A stretch of 64,000 nucleotides of DNA from Polyangiaceae bacterium (GTDB taxonomy: Bacteria > Myxococcota_A > Polyangia > Polyangiales > Polyangiaceae), in assembly GCA_965222375.1 (NCBI GenBank), contig CBDCTZ010000008.1, positions 416,001 through 480,000 of the forward strand, given 5' to 3'. The position numbers and the translations under genes were made by a program. The notes beneath the pieces were generated by a model. That model saw nothing but the letters and a program-made list of their open reading frames with translations. It had not been told where the DNA came from and made no database searches. Positions 35,930-46,233 of the stretch are shown in pieces. Numbering within the stretch: the stretch's first letter is position 1; every line of letters begins with the position of its first letter.

Positions 35930-36957
35930 GGGATCCCGCTCGGCGCCGAAGCCGCGGTGCAGTAGCCCTTCTTCATGAAGATCTGCTCTGACTGCGGATC
36001 CCCAAAGCCCTCGCATTGCTGCGCCGGCAAGCAGTCGTCATCGCAATTGCAAAGCTTGCCGCACAGACCCGCATCGCCGATGCCCACGTTGGCGAAGCTA
36101 CCCGCGACGAATAGGCAAAAAGCTTCCGCGGGGGTGCCCGGACCGCTCCAGCCGCAGGACGGAATCGCCCCGATGGTGCAGGGCTCGACGCAGCTCGGCT
36201 GGCCCAGCCCCCCGAGACACGTCCCGCGGCATTGTTGATCGTTGTTGCAGGACGCTCCGACAGGCTTTCCGCTCGCGGCGGCCTTGGTGCACAGACCCAA
36301 CTTTGGATTGCAGCTGTAGCCCGAGGGGCAATCCGAATTTCCATTGCAGGTCGGCTGGCAGAGGCGACCGCCAGCAGCTTGCTCCGTGCACGCGACCTCC
36401 TGTCGCCCATGGCATTTGTTCGGATCGAAGCTTTGCGCGCCCGGGGGTCCGGGCTGGCAGCCCTCCAAGCAATAGAACTCCTGAGCTTGCGGTGGCCCCA
36501 GCGCCGCGCAGCGCGCACCGGGTGCGACTGCCTCGCAACCCACACCCGTCGCGGGACATTGGGTGGTGCAAAGCCCCCGGGCCGGTGCCCAGTTCTGGTT
36601 GTTGTTGGGGCTTAGGCAGAACAGATTCGGCCCACACTCGGCATCCGAGACACAGGCGCGACCCAGCGCGGCAGAGCCTCCCCCAACGCCGCCGCCCCCG
36701 ACCGCGCCTACACCCCCCACGCCGCCTCCGACCCCACCGCCGCCGACGTTGCCCGTACCGCCTCCGCCAATGCCGCCACCGCCAACGTTTCCAAAGCCGC
36801 CGCTGCCGCCTGCTGAAAACCCGCCACTACTCGTATTGCCGGAACCACCGCTGCTCTGCCCACCGCTGCCAACTTGGTCCAGCAAGTCCACGGGGCTGCG
36901 GCTGCCGCAGGCGACGACGAGAGCCAGTGAGGACAAGAGTGCGGTGATCCTGCGCAT
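35920..36957 (-). CDS. Gly-rich / Cys-rich lipoprotein
   Basis: MRRITALLSSLALVVACGSRS lipobox, Gly linker, many CxxxxxC modules. Confidence 0.8.
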   Translation of the reverse strand: MRRITALLSSLALVVACGSRSPVDLLDQVGSGGQSSGGSGNTSSGGFSAGGSGGFGNVGGGGIGGGGTGNVGGGGVGGGVGGVGAVGGGGVGGGSAALGRACVSDAECGPNLFCLSPNNNQNWAPARGLCTTQCPATGVGCEAVAPGARCAALGPPQAQEFYCLEGCQPGPPGAQSFDPNKCHGRQEVACTEQAAGGRLCQPTCNGNSDCPSGYSCNPKLGLCTKAAASGKPVGASCNNDQQCRGTCLGGLGQPSCVEPCTIGAIPSCGWSGPGTPAEAFCLFVAGSFANVGIGDAGLCGKLCNCDDDCLPAQQCEGFGDPQSEQIFMKKGYCTAASAPSGIPCP

Positions 36958-37188
36958 GGAGGCGGACCCTAAACGAATCCACCTGGCCTGCCCAGGGAGC
37001 CTGCTTCGATCGTTGGGCCGACGCGCTCGTAGCGCGCTTTGCGATGCCCGACGGGGGGATGCCCGAAGGGGCAATACCCGACGGCGGCACCGGACCAAGG
37101 CAGGTGCCCCCCGTCTCGCTCTGCCGCTCGATCAGCGACCATGGCCCTCTATGCCCGATCAGGGAGCGAGAAATACGGGCAGTCCCCA

Positions 37189-40100
37189 TCAAACCTTTTC
37201 GACGGCAACGCGCAGCGACTCGTCGCCGATGACGTGTTCTTTCTCGGCGCCAAGCTCCGTCGAAACCGCAAGCTCAGAAACGAGGCACTCTTTCGCCAGG
37301 TGCGCCTCGCCGTCTCGAGCGATGCGCAGGATGCGCTCGCTGCCGGCAACGGCCAGCCGAATGCGATCCACGAAGTCGAGACCTTGCTCTTTGCGCTCAG
37401 CCTGCACCCGGCTGACGAGCTCCCGCAGTAGCCCTTCGTCAACCAAATCGTCCGTCAGCGTGGTGTGCAACACGACGACGCCCACGTCCCCGGTTTCGGC
37501 CGCAAAGCCCTCGGCGGCGCTCACGCTGACGGCGATCTCTTCGGGAGAAAAGTCCATGTCTGCACCATCCACGGACAGCGTGATCTTGCCCTGCTTGCCC
37601 AGCTGGCCGAAGAGCTCCCCGCCATCAGCAGCCTCCAAAGCCTTTTTCACCGCCTGCACGTTCTTGCCCAGGCGCGGGCCCAGGGCCCGAAAGTTCGGCT
37701 TGAGCTTGAAGCTGACCGCGCCTTGCTCGTGACCCGGATGCATGAAGACCACATCGTGCACGTTGAGCTCTTCGGCGATCAGCGCCTTGTGGGCTTCGAG
37801 ACGTTTCATCAAAGCGCCAGCGTTGAAGACGACATCCACCCGCGACAAGGGCTGGCGCACCTTCAGTCGACTACTGGTTCGCACCGCCAGTCCCAGGCTG
37901 ACGACTTCCCGCACCGCCGCCATTTCGGTCGCCAAAGTTTCATCCACATGGGCCGCCTGGGCCTGCGGATAGTCGGCAAGATGCACGCTCTCCTGGGCCC
38001 CCTCCTGCCCGGAGCCCACGACGAGGTTTTGGTACACCTCCTCGGCGAAGAAGGGCACGAAGGGTGCGATCAACCGAGACAGGGTAGTGAGGGTTTCGAA
38101 CAAGGTTGCAAAGGCGTCCTTCTTGTCTTGCTCGAAGCCCGGCGCCCAGAAGCGCGAGCGGCTGCGGCGGACGTACCAATTCGAGATCCCCTCCGCCAAC
38201 TCCACGAGGCGCTGCGCGGCGTCGTAAACTCGATACTCGGAAAGCGCAGAGCGGACCTCACGCACGGTCAGCGCCAGTTCCGAGAGCATCCAGCGATCCA
38301 AGAGCGCGCGCTTGGCAACAGGCTGCGCCGCATGCTCCGCGAGGCCTGGCGCATAGCCATCGATGTTCGCGTAGATGACGAAGAAGGAGTAGACGTTGCG
38401 CAGCTTGACCAGGAAGTCCTTCTGCAGCAGCCGCACGTTCTGCAAGCTGTGACGGGTATTCGACCAGGGCGGACTCGCAGCGTAGAAGAACCAGCGAAAA
38501 GCATCGGAACCCGGCGCGGGAGTGGTCTCGTCTTCCAAGGTCACTCGCTGGTCTTCGGCTGCGCGAGGCACCTCGACGGGCATTGTTTTCTCACCACTGG
38601 CGATGGGCGTCGCTCCCAACGCCGCGCGATCCTCCTCGGACAGCACGACCACCCGACGCGGGAGCTTCTTCTGAGCACGAACCGTCACCGTGCGCTTCTT
38701 GTCGGGCGCACTCGCACGATACAGCGCCAAGCTGGCGCCTTCCTTGAGATCCATGCCCTCGAGGTCTTCCCGTGCGATCAATGCCTGGCCCGGGGAGGCC
38801 TTGGCGCCCGCGCCCTCGGTCAGCACGCCGAACTCCATCCGCACCCGGTCCAGGATGATTTCCGGAGGCGTGTAGTTGCCGCGACTCTTGCTCTCCTTCT
38901 TGCCTTCCTTGTCACACACATGCCCCAGCACGATGCAGTTCTTGTAGGGATGCGGGAACTCTCGCTTGCTCGTCAGCCCCATCTCCTTCTGAGTCTCTTC
39001 GTCGAAGACCAGGGAGGAGATCATCAGCAAGGAGTAGAACCAGCCCCGGGTTTGGTCGATGGCCTCGCTGATGAAGTCAGCCGGAAATGCGTCGTCCAAC
39101 TGCCGGACCGACCCCTCGGCGTGGGGAAAGCCCCATTGTGCGAAGGGCATGCAGCCTGAATCGAACCAACAGTCGATGACCTCGGGAACACGGCGCATGG
39201 TCCCGTCGCACTCTTCGCAACCAAAGCTGACTTCATCCACCCAGGGTTTGTGCACCACCAAGTGGTCGCTCAGCTTCGGATCCTTGGCCTTGGCGCGCTG
39301 AAAGTGGGCGAACGCCTCGGGATTTTTGGCCTCGATCTCCGCGACGCTGCTCGGTGCAGCCTTGTGTTCCGAGTCCTTGTCGCACACCCAGACGTTGAGC
39401 GGCGTACCCCAAAACCGTTCCCGAGAAAGCGCCCAATCCACGTTGTTGCGCAGGAAGTCGCCGAAGCGCCCCTCCTTGATGTGCTCCGGGATCCACCCCA
39501 CGGACGCGTTGTTCTTCATGGCCTGTTCCAGCCGCGCCGTGGTGCGAATGAACCAGGCGGGCCGCGCCATCTGAATCAAGGGGTCGTCGTCCGCACGCCA
39601 GCAGAACGGATAGTCGTGGCGATACAGTTCCTCGAAGACCAACTGCTCACGCTCCGCCAGCTCGCGCAGGATTTCCCGATCGCAGTCCTTGACCCAGCGC
39701 CCCGCGTACTTGCCCGCTTCGGACTTGAAGCTGCCATCGGGCTTCACCGCGCAGATCAGCTCCACGGACAGTGGGTCGGCATAGCGCGCTAGCTGTCGCC
39801 GGTGTGCGTTGTGGTCGTCTTCACCAAAGGCGGGAGCAATGTGCACGATGCCCGTACCCGTCCCGAGGGTGACGAAGTCTTCCGCCAACACGCGCCAGTA
39901 CAATGCGTCATCGCCGCCAGCGCGCAGCGCCACTCGCTCGTCGGCCAAGCGCTCGTAGTAGGTATCGAAGGGTGGCCGGTAGCGCAGCCCCACGAGTTCC
40001 TCGGCCCGGACGGTCTTTTCGACCTTCAGCTTGCGGCCCAGCTTCTTCTCGATGCCCTCCCGCAAGGCAGCGGCGACAACCAGGGTTTTCGCCGCAACTT

Positions 40101-40902
40101 TGACCTCTTTTGGCTTCTTCGGGTTCAGGGGCTCGCCGACGCTAACGTAGACGTATTCCGTGTTCGGGCGCACCGCCGCATAGCCATTGCTCGGCAGGGT
40201 CCAAGGCGTGGTGGTCCAAACGACCAGTGCGGCGCTCGGATCATCGACCAGGGGAAAGGTCACGAACACGCTGGGGTCGTCGACGGTCTTGTAGCCGAGC
40301 CCCACCTCCGCGCTCGATAGCGCCGTGCCGCCTTGAGCCCACCACCAGACCACCTTGTGGCCCTGGTAGAGCAGGCCCTTCTTGAACAGCACCGACAGGG
40401 CCCACCACACGCTCTCGACGTAGCTGCGGTGGTAGGTCACGTAGGCATCGGGCAGGCTGACCCAAAAGCCGAGCCGCTCGGTCAGCCGCTCCCAGTCGTT
40501 CGTGTAGCGAAACACACTCTCGATGCAGCGGGCCACGAAGGGCTCCACGCCATATTCCTCGATCGCCGCCTTGCCGTGGATACGGAGTTCCTTTTCGACT
40601 TCGACTTCCACCGGCAGGCCGTGGGTGTCCCAACCACCTTTGCGCAGAACGCGCTTCCCCATCATGGAGTGAAATCGCGGGAACAGGTCTTTCATCACGC
40701 GAGTCAGCACGTGGCCGTTGTGGGGCACTCCGTTCGCCGTCGGCGGGCCTTCGTAGAACACGAAGTGAGGAGCATCGGGGCCGCGATGGGACAGAGACTT
40801 TTCGAAAATTCGCCGCTCTTTCCAGAGCTCGAGGACCTCCCGCTCGTAGCGCGGGAAATCCAATGCCTGGGGCACGGGCTTGAATACAGGCGAATTCGTC
40901 AT
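37189..40902 (-). CDS. ileS: Isoleucine--tRNA ligase (type 2-like), with KESKS variant and a large insertion
   Basis: FYEGPPTANGVPHNGH, GWDTHGLPVE, WTTTPWTLP, GTGIVHIAPAFGEDD, WALSRERFWGTP, DCWFDSG, EAIDQTRGWFY, SNWYVRRSR. Confidence 0.97.
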   Translation of the reverse strand: MTNSPVFKPVPQALDFPRYEREVLELWKERRIFEKSLSHRGPDAPHFVFYEGPPTANGVPHNGHVLTRVMKDLFPRFHSMMGKRVLRKGGWDTHGLPVEVEVEKELRIHGKAAIEEYGVEPFVARCIESVFRYTNDWERLTERLGFWVSLPDAYVTYHRSYVESVWWALSVLFKKGLLYQGHKVVWWWAQGGTALSSAEVGLGYKTVDDPSVFVTFPLVDDPSAALVVWTTTPWTLPSNGYAAVRPNTEYVYVSVGEPLNPKKPKEVKVAAKTLVVAAALREGIEKKLGRKLKVEKTVRAEELVGLRYRPPFDTYYERLADERVALRAGGDDALYWRVLAEDFVTLGTGTGIVHIAPAFGEDDHNAHRRQLARYADPLSVELICAVKPDGSFKSEAGKYAGRWVKDCDREILRELAEREQLVFEELYRHDYPFCWRADDDPLIQMARPAWFIRTTARLEQAMKNNASVGWIPEHIKEGRFGDFLRNNVDWALSRERFWGTPLNVWVCDKDSEHKAAPSSVAEIEAKNPEAFAHFQRAKAKDPKLSDHLVVHKPWVDEVSFGCEECDGTMRRVPEVIDCWFDSGCMPFAQWGFPHAEGSVRQLDDAFPADFISEAIDQTRGWFYSLLMISSLVFDEETQKEMGLTSKREFPHPYKNCIVLGHVCDKEGKKESKSRGNYTPPEIILDRVRMEFGVLTEGAGAKASPGQALIAREDLEGMDLKEGASLALYRASAPDKKRTVTVRAQKKLPRRVVVLSEEDRAALGATPIASGEKTMPVEVPRAAEDQRVTLEDETTPAPGSDAFRWFFYAASPPWSNTRHSLQNVRLLQKDFLVKLRNVYSFFVIYANIDGYAPGLAEHAAQPVAKRALLDRWMLSELALTVREVRSALSEYRVYDAAQRLVELAEGISNWYVRRSRSRFWAPGFEQDKKDAFATLFETLTTLSRLIAPFVPFFAEEVYQNLVVGSGQEGAQESVHLADYPQAQAAHVDETLATEMAAVREVVSLGLAVRTSSRLKVRQPLSRVDVVFNAGALMKRLEAHKALIAEELNVHDVVFMHPGHEQGAVSFKLKPNFRALGPRLGKNVQAVKKALEAADGGELFGQLGKQGKITLSVDGADMDFSPEEIAVSVSAAEGFAAETGDVGVVVLHTTLTDDLVDEGLLRELVSRVQAERKEQGLDFVDRIRLAVAGSERILRIARDGEAHLAKECLVSELAVSTELGAEKEHVIGDESLRVAVEKV

Positions 40903-40975
40903 GACTAGCCCGCTCGTATAGCCCGCTTTTTCCAGGGCTTCCATCTTTGCGGGGGCGCGGCTTTCTGCGCTGGAC

Positions 40976-41512
40976 TCAGGGCGAGTCGAGGGCGATGCCG
41001 ACCTTTGTCCGCTGCCGCTTCGGCACGTGGGAGGTGATCAGGCTCGACCATTCAACCTCCACCTCGCGGGGCGGCCCGTCGAGTATCAGCTCGACCTCGT
41101 AGCGCGCGCTGCAACCATGGCAGACGTTGGTGAAGCGATCCGTCAGAGTGCCCTGAGGGATGGTGCCCGGCGCGGCATCGCGGTCGGCGAAGATGCGACG
41201 CTCCATGGTGGGCAATGCCGGGTCATCGGGCACCAAGCGCACGATCACGGGCGTGGGCGGACCGGCGCCCCGCCAGCGTCCAGTCGCTGCAACGGATAGA
41301 TCGATGACTTTGGGCGAGTGAGCGGTGAATCGGAAGTCCAAGGACGGAGTCGACTTGCTGAGCGTCACCGTGTGCTCGAAGCCGGCTTTGACTTCGATCC
41401 GCGGCTCGCTGGTGGCCAAACTCGCCAGCGCCGCAAGCGCGGTTACCGCAGGGGCTGCCCGCCTCGGCAGGCGCCACCACCCCTGCGTCGAAACTGCCGC
41501 CCGCCGACTCAT
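40976..41512 (-). CDS. Hypothetical exported protein
   Basis: ORF coupled to the thiE-like gene; hydrophobic N-terminal segment; beta-rich. Confidence 0.55.
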   Translation of the reverse strand: MSRRAAVSTQGWWRLPRRAAPAVTALAALASLATSEPRIEVKAGFEHTVTLSKSTPSLDFRFTAHSPKVIDLSVAATGRWRGAGPPTPVIVRLVPDDPALPTMERRIFADRDAAPGTIPQGTLTDRFTNVCHGCSARYEVELILDGPPREVEVEWSSLITSHVPKRQRTKVGIALDSP

Positions 41513-42147
41513 GCGACGATTCCCAAGGCGGCGGCGAGCGCAAGGGGCTGCTGCGCATGCCAGACCGCACCCTGCGCGGCGACGCCGTCTGCCCCCGCAC
41601 GAAGGCAGGCGTGAGCGTTGTCTGACGTAACCCCTCCTAGGGCGTACAGCCGCGGCGCTTCGCTCCGTTGCGACAGCTGTGCACGCAGCCGCTCGAGTGC
41701 CGTCAGGCCCAAAGCGGGCGCACCCTTGCGGGATGCAGCTACGGGAGCCAACACGACAGCGTCGGCCTGACTCTCCAACACCCCGGCTTCAGTGTGGGCA
41801 GCCGCATACAGCTGCCGCTGCCAGATGCGACGCGCATCCTCGGTTCGCACCGACGACTCCGCCAGGTGCAGCGCGTCGGCATCGAGCAGCAGCGCTAGAT
41901 CCGCGCGATCGTTGACCGCAAGCCCCTGCCCCGTCTCAGAGCAAATCTTCCGCAAGGCAGTTCCGGCACTCAGCAGCCTGCGCACGGGTAGCTCCCGATC
42001 CCGGAGCTGCACCAGGACGCTCCCGGGCACGCATCCCGAGCACAGCGTGTCGGCGCGCTCCAAGCTGGCCTCCACACCCACAGATTGGACATCGGTAACC
42101 GCGATCAGTCGTGGAGCCTTCACACCGTCGGGCATGAAGCGGCTCAC
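41509..42147 (-). CDS. Thiamine phosphate synthase / TenI family protein
   Basis: AVTD, VQLRDRE, VNDRADLA, ADALHL, YALGGV, GADGVA; same operon as thiG. Confidence 0.85.
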   Translation of the reverse strand: MSRFMPDGVKAPRLIAVTDVQSVGVEASLERADTLCSGCVPGSVLVQLRDRELPVRRLLSAGTALRKICSETGQGLAVNDRADLALLLDADALHLAESSVRTEDARRIWQRQLYAAAHTEAGVLESQADAVVLAPVAASRKGAPALGLTALERLRAQLSQRSEAPRLYALGGVTSDNAHACLRAGADGVAAQGAVWHAQQPLALAAALGIVA

Positions 42148-42404
42148 TTGGCCTTGGCTTTTTCCAGGTCGTCGCGGGCCATCTTCGCGAAACGACTGTT
42201 CGGGTAACGGGCGATCAGGTGCTCGAGGGTTGCTCGATGCGCATCGGCGTCACCCTTCGCCTTGAACTCTTGCGCTAGGCCGTAGAGCGCTTCCCCCGGG
42301 GTCTCATGGCCTCGCATTTTCGGATCCGGATCTCCGGAGCATTGCATGGGCGCCCAAGCACCCAAGGCAGCTGCGAGAAAGAGCGCCGCTAGTCGCACGT
42401 TGGC
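42144..42404 (-). CDS. Small TPR-like exported protein
   Basis: Signal with Cys, PGEALYGLA...LIARYPNSRFA (TPR-like); start uncertain. Confidence 0.6.
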   Translation of the reverse strand, partial: ANVRLAALFLAAALGAWAPMQCSGDPDPKMRGHETPGEALYGLAQEFKAKGDADAHRATLEHLIARYPNSRFAKMARDDLEKAKAK

Positions 42405-42447
42405 AACGGTGCTCCAAGCCGGAGACCGTGGCAAGAGGCATCACGCG

Positions 42448-42870
42448 TCACGCTGCAGGCTGCGTGCGCTGCGGCCGGTTCGCTCGCCAAATCAATGCAG
42501 CAGCGGCTGCAGCCCCCACGGCGTCTGCCAAGAAATCGAGCCACTCCGCCGAGCGGTGCGGCAGCGCCATTTGGTACAGCTCGAGCAGGCCGCCGAGGGT
42601 GGCCGACGTCACCGCGGAGAGCACGACGATTCGCCCCTCGGGCCAGTCCGGGGATAGCCAGCGCAGCGCGCGCCGGACCACGAACACCATGCCCGCGAAG
42701 GCCGCCGCATGCAGGATCTTGTCGCTGTGACGCAAATCCGGACCGTGGGCGGCGTTGTTCAACCCACCACCGTAGAAGACCGCCAACACGTACAAGACAG
42801 CCGGGACGACGTTCAAGAAGAACCCACCTCGAGGCTCGTCGTCGGGTGCCGGCTCAGACGGAGAGCTCAT
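42448..42870 (-). CDS. VanZ family membrane protein
   Basis: DKILHAAAFA, ELYQ..LPHRSAEWLDFLADAVG; ATG overlaps the MFS stop. Confidence 0.85.
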   Translation of the reverse strand: MSSPSEPAPDDEPRGGFFLNVVPAVLYVLAVFYGGGLNNAAHGPDLRHSDKILHAAAFAGMVFVVRRALRWLSPDWPEGRIVVLSAVTSATLGGLLELYQMALPHRSAEWLDFLADAVGAAAAAALIWRANRPQRTQPAA

Positions 42871-44090
42871 AGCGCAGCCGTGTCTTCCAGTTCTCGATTG
42901 CGGGTCTCGGGCAGCAGCAAGAAGATCAGCCCCACGGCGATCAGGGGGAAAACGGCCGTGACACGAACCGCATTCCCCCAGCCCACATCTCGGGCGAACC
43001 ACCCCACCACGGCGGGTGACAGCACATAGCCCACGCGCCCGATGATGTTGTTTGACCAAGCGAACCCGTCTCCCCGGAGCTTGGTCGGGAAAAGCTCCGT
43101 GGTGTAGGCGTTGAGCACTGGCAGCACCGCGCTCACTCCAAAGATACTGAGCACCAGGGCGAGCGTGAGCGGGATGAAGCCATGCAAGGTGTAGCTGAGG
43201 AACACGCCGCTGGAGGCGAGCCCGAAGATGATCAACGCTCCGAACTGACGACCCACGACATCCAGCAGCTTTCCGGAGTAGAAAACCAGAGGCATGCTGG
43301 CGACCGCCGCAATTGCGATCGCCAGGCCAACTTGACCGTCCGTCATGGAGCGTTCGGCGACCGCAAACTCCTTGAAGAAGGTCACACCGTTTTGGGTGCA
43401 GATGTAGGTCAAAAACCAGATCAGCCCGAGCTGCAAGATGCGCTTCTTGTGGGGCGTTTTCCAAATCGCCAGGATCGGTCGAGGCTGTTCGGGTTTGTCT
43501 TGCTGCGCGAAGCGTTCGGTCTCCTTCAGGTTGCGCCGGGCATAGGCGATATAGATCAGCGGCAGCACGCCAACGAAGTAGACCGTGCGCCAGCCCCAGG
43601 GCGTATGGTTCACCAGCAGCGGCACCACGCCTGCGCAAAAAACGGATCCCAAAGAGGCGCAGGCGTTGATCACCCCGAGCACCATGCCGCGTCGAGCTGC
43701 GGGGAACTCCTCAGCGGCAATCACCATGCTGGTCGCCCACTCACCGATCAAGAAGATGCGAGCGATCATCTGGAAGATCGCAAACACCCAAACGTTGGGC
43801 GACAGCCCGGTTAGAAATGTGAACGTCGTGTAGCCGAAAATAGTCGCAGTGAGGACTCGGCGCCGGCCCCAGCGATCAGCCTTGCGCACCAGCAAATAGG
43901 CAGCGACCGTCCCCACGTTGATGAAGGCCACCAGCAGGCCTGCGGCAGCCTCGTCGATGCCCATTTCTGCACGCAGATTGGGCAAGATCTGAGTGAGCGC
44001 GAGAAAATCGTAACCTTCGAAGAAGGTCGCAACGCTCAAGAATACGAACAGCCGCCGCTGGTACGGCGTCAGCGGCACGACCTGGGTCAT
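42867..44090 (-). CDS. MFS transporter
   Basis: [35 protein letters not shown]; about 12 TMs. Confidence 0.92.
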   Translation of the reverse strand: MTQVVPLTPYQRRLFVFLSVATFFEGYDFLALTQILPNLRAEMGIDEAAAGLLVAFINVGTVAAYLLVRKADRWGRRRVLTATIFGYTTFTFLTGLSPNVWVFAIFQMIARIFLIGEWATSMVIAAEEFPAARRGMVLGVINACASLGSVFCAGVVPLLVNHTPWGWRTVYFVGVLPLIYIAYARRNLKETERFAQQDKPEQPRPILAIWKTPHKKRILQLGLIWFLTYICTQNGVTFFKEFAVAERSMTDGQVGLAIAIAAVASMPLVFYSGKLLDVVGRQFGALIIFGLASSGVFLSYTLHGFIPLTLALVLSIFGVSAVLPVLNAYTTELFPTKLRGDGFAWSNNIIGRVGYVLSPAVVGWFARDVGWGNAVRVTAVFPLIAVGLIFLLLPETRNRELEDTAAL

Positions 44091-44866
44091 TCGATGTTGC
44101 CAACCGTTGGGCTCGACGCATTGGCGTGGAGCCGCCGCGGCATGCGCCCTGCCAAGTGGGCTTTGCGGCCGGCGACCAGCGCTTCACGCATGGCTTCGGC
44201 CATCAGGATCGGCTTTTTCGCCTCTGCAATGGCGGTATTCATCAGCACGCCGTCGCAGCCCAGCTCCATCGCCACCGCAGCATCGCTCGCCGTCCCCACT
44301 CCGGCGTCCACGATCACCGGCACCTTGGCTTGTTCGATGATGATTTGGAGGTTGTGGGGATTGCGGATCCCCATCCCAGAACCGATCGGCGCAGCTAGGG
44401 GCATTACAGCCGCGCAGCCGATGTCCTCGAGCTTGCGGCACACGATGGGGTCGTCGATACAGTACGGCAGAACCGTGAAACCCTCCTTGACCAGGATTCT
44501 CGCGGCCTCGAGGGTTTGCTCGTTGTCTGGGTAGAGGGTCTGCTTGTCGCCGATCACCTCCAGCTTGACCAGATCTGCTATGCCGAGCTCCCGGGCCAAA
44601 CGCAGAGTCCGCACGGCATCGTCTGCCGTGAAGCACCCAGCGGTATTCGGCAAAATGGTCCAGCGCCCTTCGGTGAGCAGACCCATCATCGAGCCCGCGC
44701 CGCGATCTTTCAGGTCCACCCGGCGCAGAGCGACGGTCACGACCTCGGCCCCGGAGGCGTCCAGGGCCGCGCGGGTTTCAGCGACGTCGTTGTACTTCCC
44801 CGTGCCCACGAACAAGCGGGAGGAAAAGACGTGGGCTCCAATCTTCAGCGGGTCCTGACCTGGCAT
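44087..44866 (-). CDS. thiG: Thiazole synthase
   Basis: [45 protein letters not shown]. Confidence 0.97.
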   Translation of the reverse strand: MPGQDPLKIGAHVFSSRLFVGTGKYNDVAETRAALDASGAEVVTVALRRVDLKDRGAGSMMGLLTEGRWTILPNTAGCFTADDAVRTLRLARELGIADLVKLEVIGDKQTLYPDNEQTLEAARILVKEGFTVLPYCIDDPIVCRKLEDIGCAAVMPLAAPIGSGMGIRNPHNLQIIIEQAKVPVIVDAGVGTASDAAVAMELGCDGVLMNTAIAEAKKPILMAEAMREALVAGRKAHLAGRMPRRLHANASSPTVGNIE

Positions 44867-44914
44867 GGCACCCGCGATTAGCCTCGCGGGCGGCCGCGGG
44901 CAAGGCCCGGTGCA

Positions 44915-45727
44915 TCAACCCGCACGGAACACCGTTACCCCTGGCGCCAGCTCTTCCGCGCGGTGACCCAGGGCCCGAACGCGCGCAACTTCGCTGCGCG
45001 CCACCAGCAGCACGCCCTGCTCGCTCAGCGCGCGCAGCAGCGACGAAACCACCCGCTCGGCAGCGTCGTCACTCATGTAGATGAGCACGTTCTTGCAAAT
45101 CGCGAGTTCCCAAAGTCCCGGCGGTGGACCGCTCAGCGCGTCTCGCACGCTGAAGTTCACGATAGCCCTGAGGTGCGGCGCGACGCTCAACCCTTCAGCG
45201 GAGTCGGAGAAGTAGCCGGCGCGCAGACTCTTGGGCAATGGTTCGAGGGCCTCGCTGGGATAGACCCCCTCTCGGGCCGTAGCGATGGCCGTCTCGCTCT
45301 TGTCCATGCCCGTGACCCGCAACGCCACCTCGGGTCGGTCTGCCTCCTGACGGACGCGGTCGAGAACCATCGCCAGAGTCAGCGCTTCCTGACCCGACGA
45401 ACAGCCCACTGACAGCCCGCGCACGCGGTCCCGACCGAGCCACGCACTCTTGGCGAGACGGCTCAGCGCCGCCCACTGGTTCGGATCCCGATAGAACCGC
45501 GTCTCACCCACGCGGAGTCGCTCTGCCAACTCAGCGAGCCTGCTGCGATCCGTCCGCACCAAATCGAGCGCTGCTTCGGTGCTCCCGGTCTCGGCGGCCA
45601 GTTCGTCCAGCGCGTGCTCGAGGCGCGACGAGACCCAACCGCTGGCACGGTCCCCGATGCCGTGCTGCTGCCCCAACAACGCGAGCAAGCTCGCGAGAGC
45701 TCGTTCACGTATGGCGTCTTGGCTCAC
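44915..45727 (-). CDS. cheR: CheR-type methyltransferase
   Basis: VGETRFYRD, SVGCSSGQEALTLAM, ICKNVLIY. Confidence 0.85.
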   Translation of the reverse strand: MSQDAIRERALASLLALLGQQHGIGDRASGWVSSRLEHALDELAAETGSTEAALDLVRTDRSRLAELAERLRVGETRFYRDPNQWAALSRLAKSAWLGRDRVRGLSVGCSSGQEALTLAMVLDRVRQEADRPEVALRVTGMDKSETAIATAREGVYPSEALEPLPKSLRAGYFSDSAEGLSVAPHLRAIVNFSVRDALSGPPPGLWELAICKNVLIYMSDDAAERVVSSLLRALSEQGVLLVARSEVARVRALGHRAEELAPGVTVFRAG

Positions 45728-46221
45728 GAATCCGCTTCCTCGCCCGCGAAAGCGCCAAGCACTGGGCCATCGAAGACGGCGGAAACACTCAACACCGAGC
45801 AGGGCGGTGCGGTCGGGATTACGCCGACCACGAGTTCTCGTACCGCTTCCGACGCGGTGGCAGGAACCTCGGCAAGACCCGCCCCGGGTAGTTCCCGCAA
45901 GCCCCCTAGGGCATCGATCAGAAGCCCTGCGCGCCGATGTCGCCCTTTGGGTTCGCGAACCACGACGATGCGTGCGTTCGAGCTGGTACTCTCCGCTGGG
46001 GCAGCTCCCAAAAGCACACCCACGTCGATGATGGGCAATACATCGCCACGCAAAGACGTGACGCCGAAGATCGCGTCCGGTGAATGAAACACCTTGGTCA
46101 CCGGCCTGAGCGCAATGACCTCTTGCACTTCCTCCACCATCAAGCCGTACAGCCCGTCACGCACACGAACGGCGATGCAGCGGTTTTCACGCGAGCGGTC
46201 GACTGGGGCTTCGGCCTCCAC
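45724..46221 (-). CDS. cheW: CheW-type coupling protein
   Basis: YGL.VEEVQEVI, GVTSLRGDVLPIID, AGLLID. Confidence 0.88.
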   Translation of the reverse strand: MEAEAPVDRSRENRCIAVRVRDGLYGLMVEEVQEVIALRPVTKVFHSPDAIFGVTSLRGDVLPIIDVGVLLGAAPAESTSSNARIVVVREPKGRHRRAGLLIDALGGLRELPGAGLAEVPATASEAVRELVVGVIPTAPPCSVLSVSAVFDGPVLGAFAGEEADS

Positions 46222-46233
46222 GGCGGACCGAAG

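Noticed and set aside
35696..36983. Similar 22-mers GC[TG]GACCC[CT]AAACGAATCC[CA]CC at 35696 and 36962
   Set aside because: One is inside a coding TM end and the other overlaps a putative -10 region. With three mismatches and only two copies, this is probably chance.
37040..37090. Three 15-bp imperfect repeats (GATGCCCGA.GG) downstream of ileS
   Set aside because: Too short and degenerate to assign; no supported ORF or structure.
38512..38847. Intein in IleRS
   Set aside because: No N-terminal Cys/Ser block, no C-terminal His-Asn plus nucleophile, no homing-endonuclease motif.
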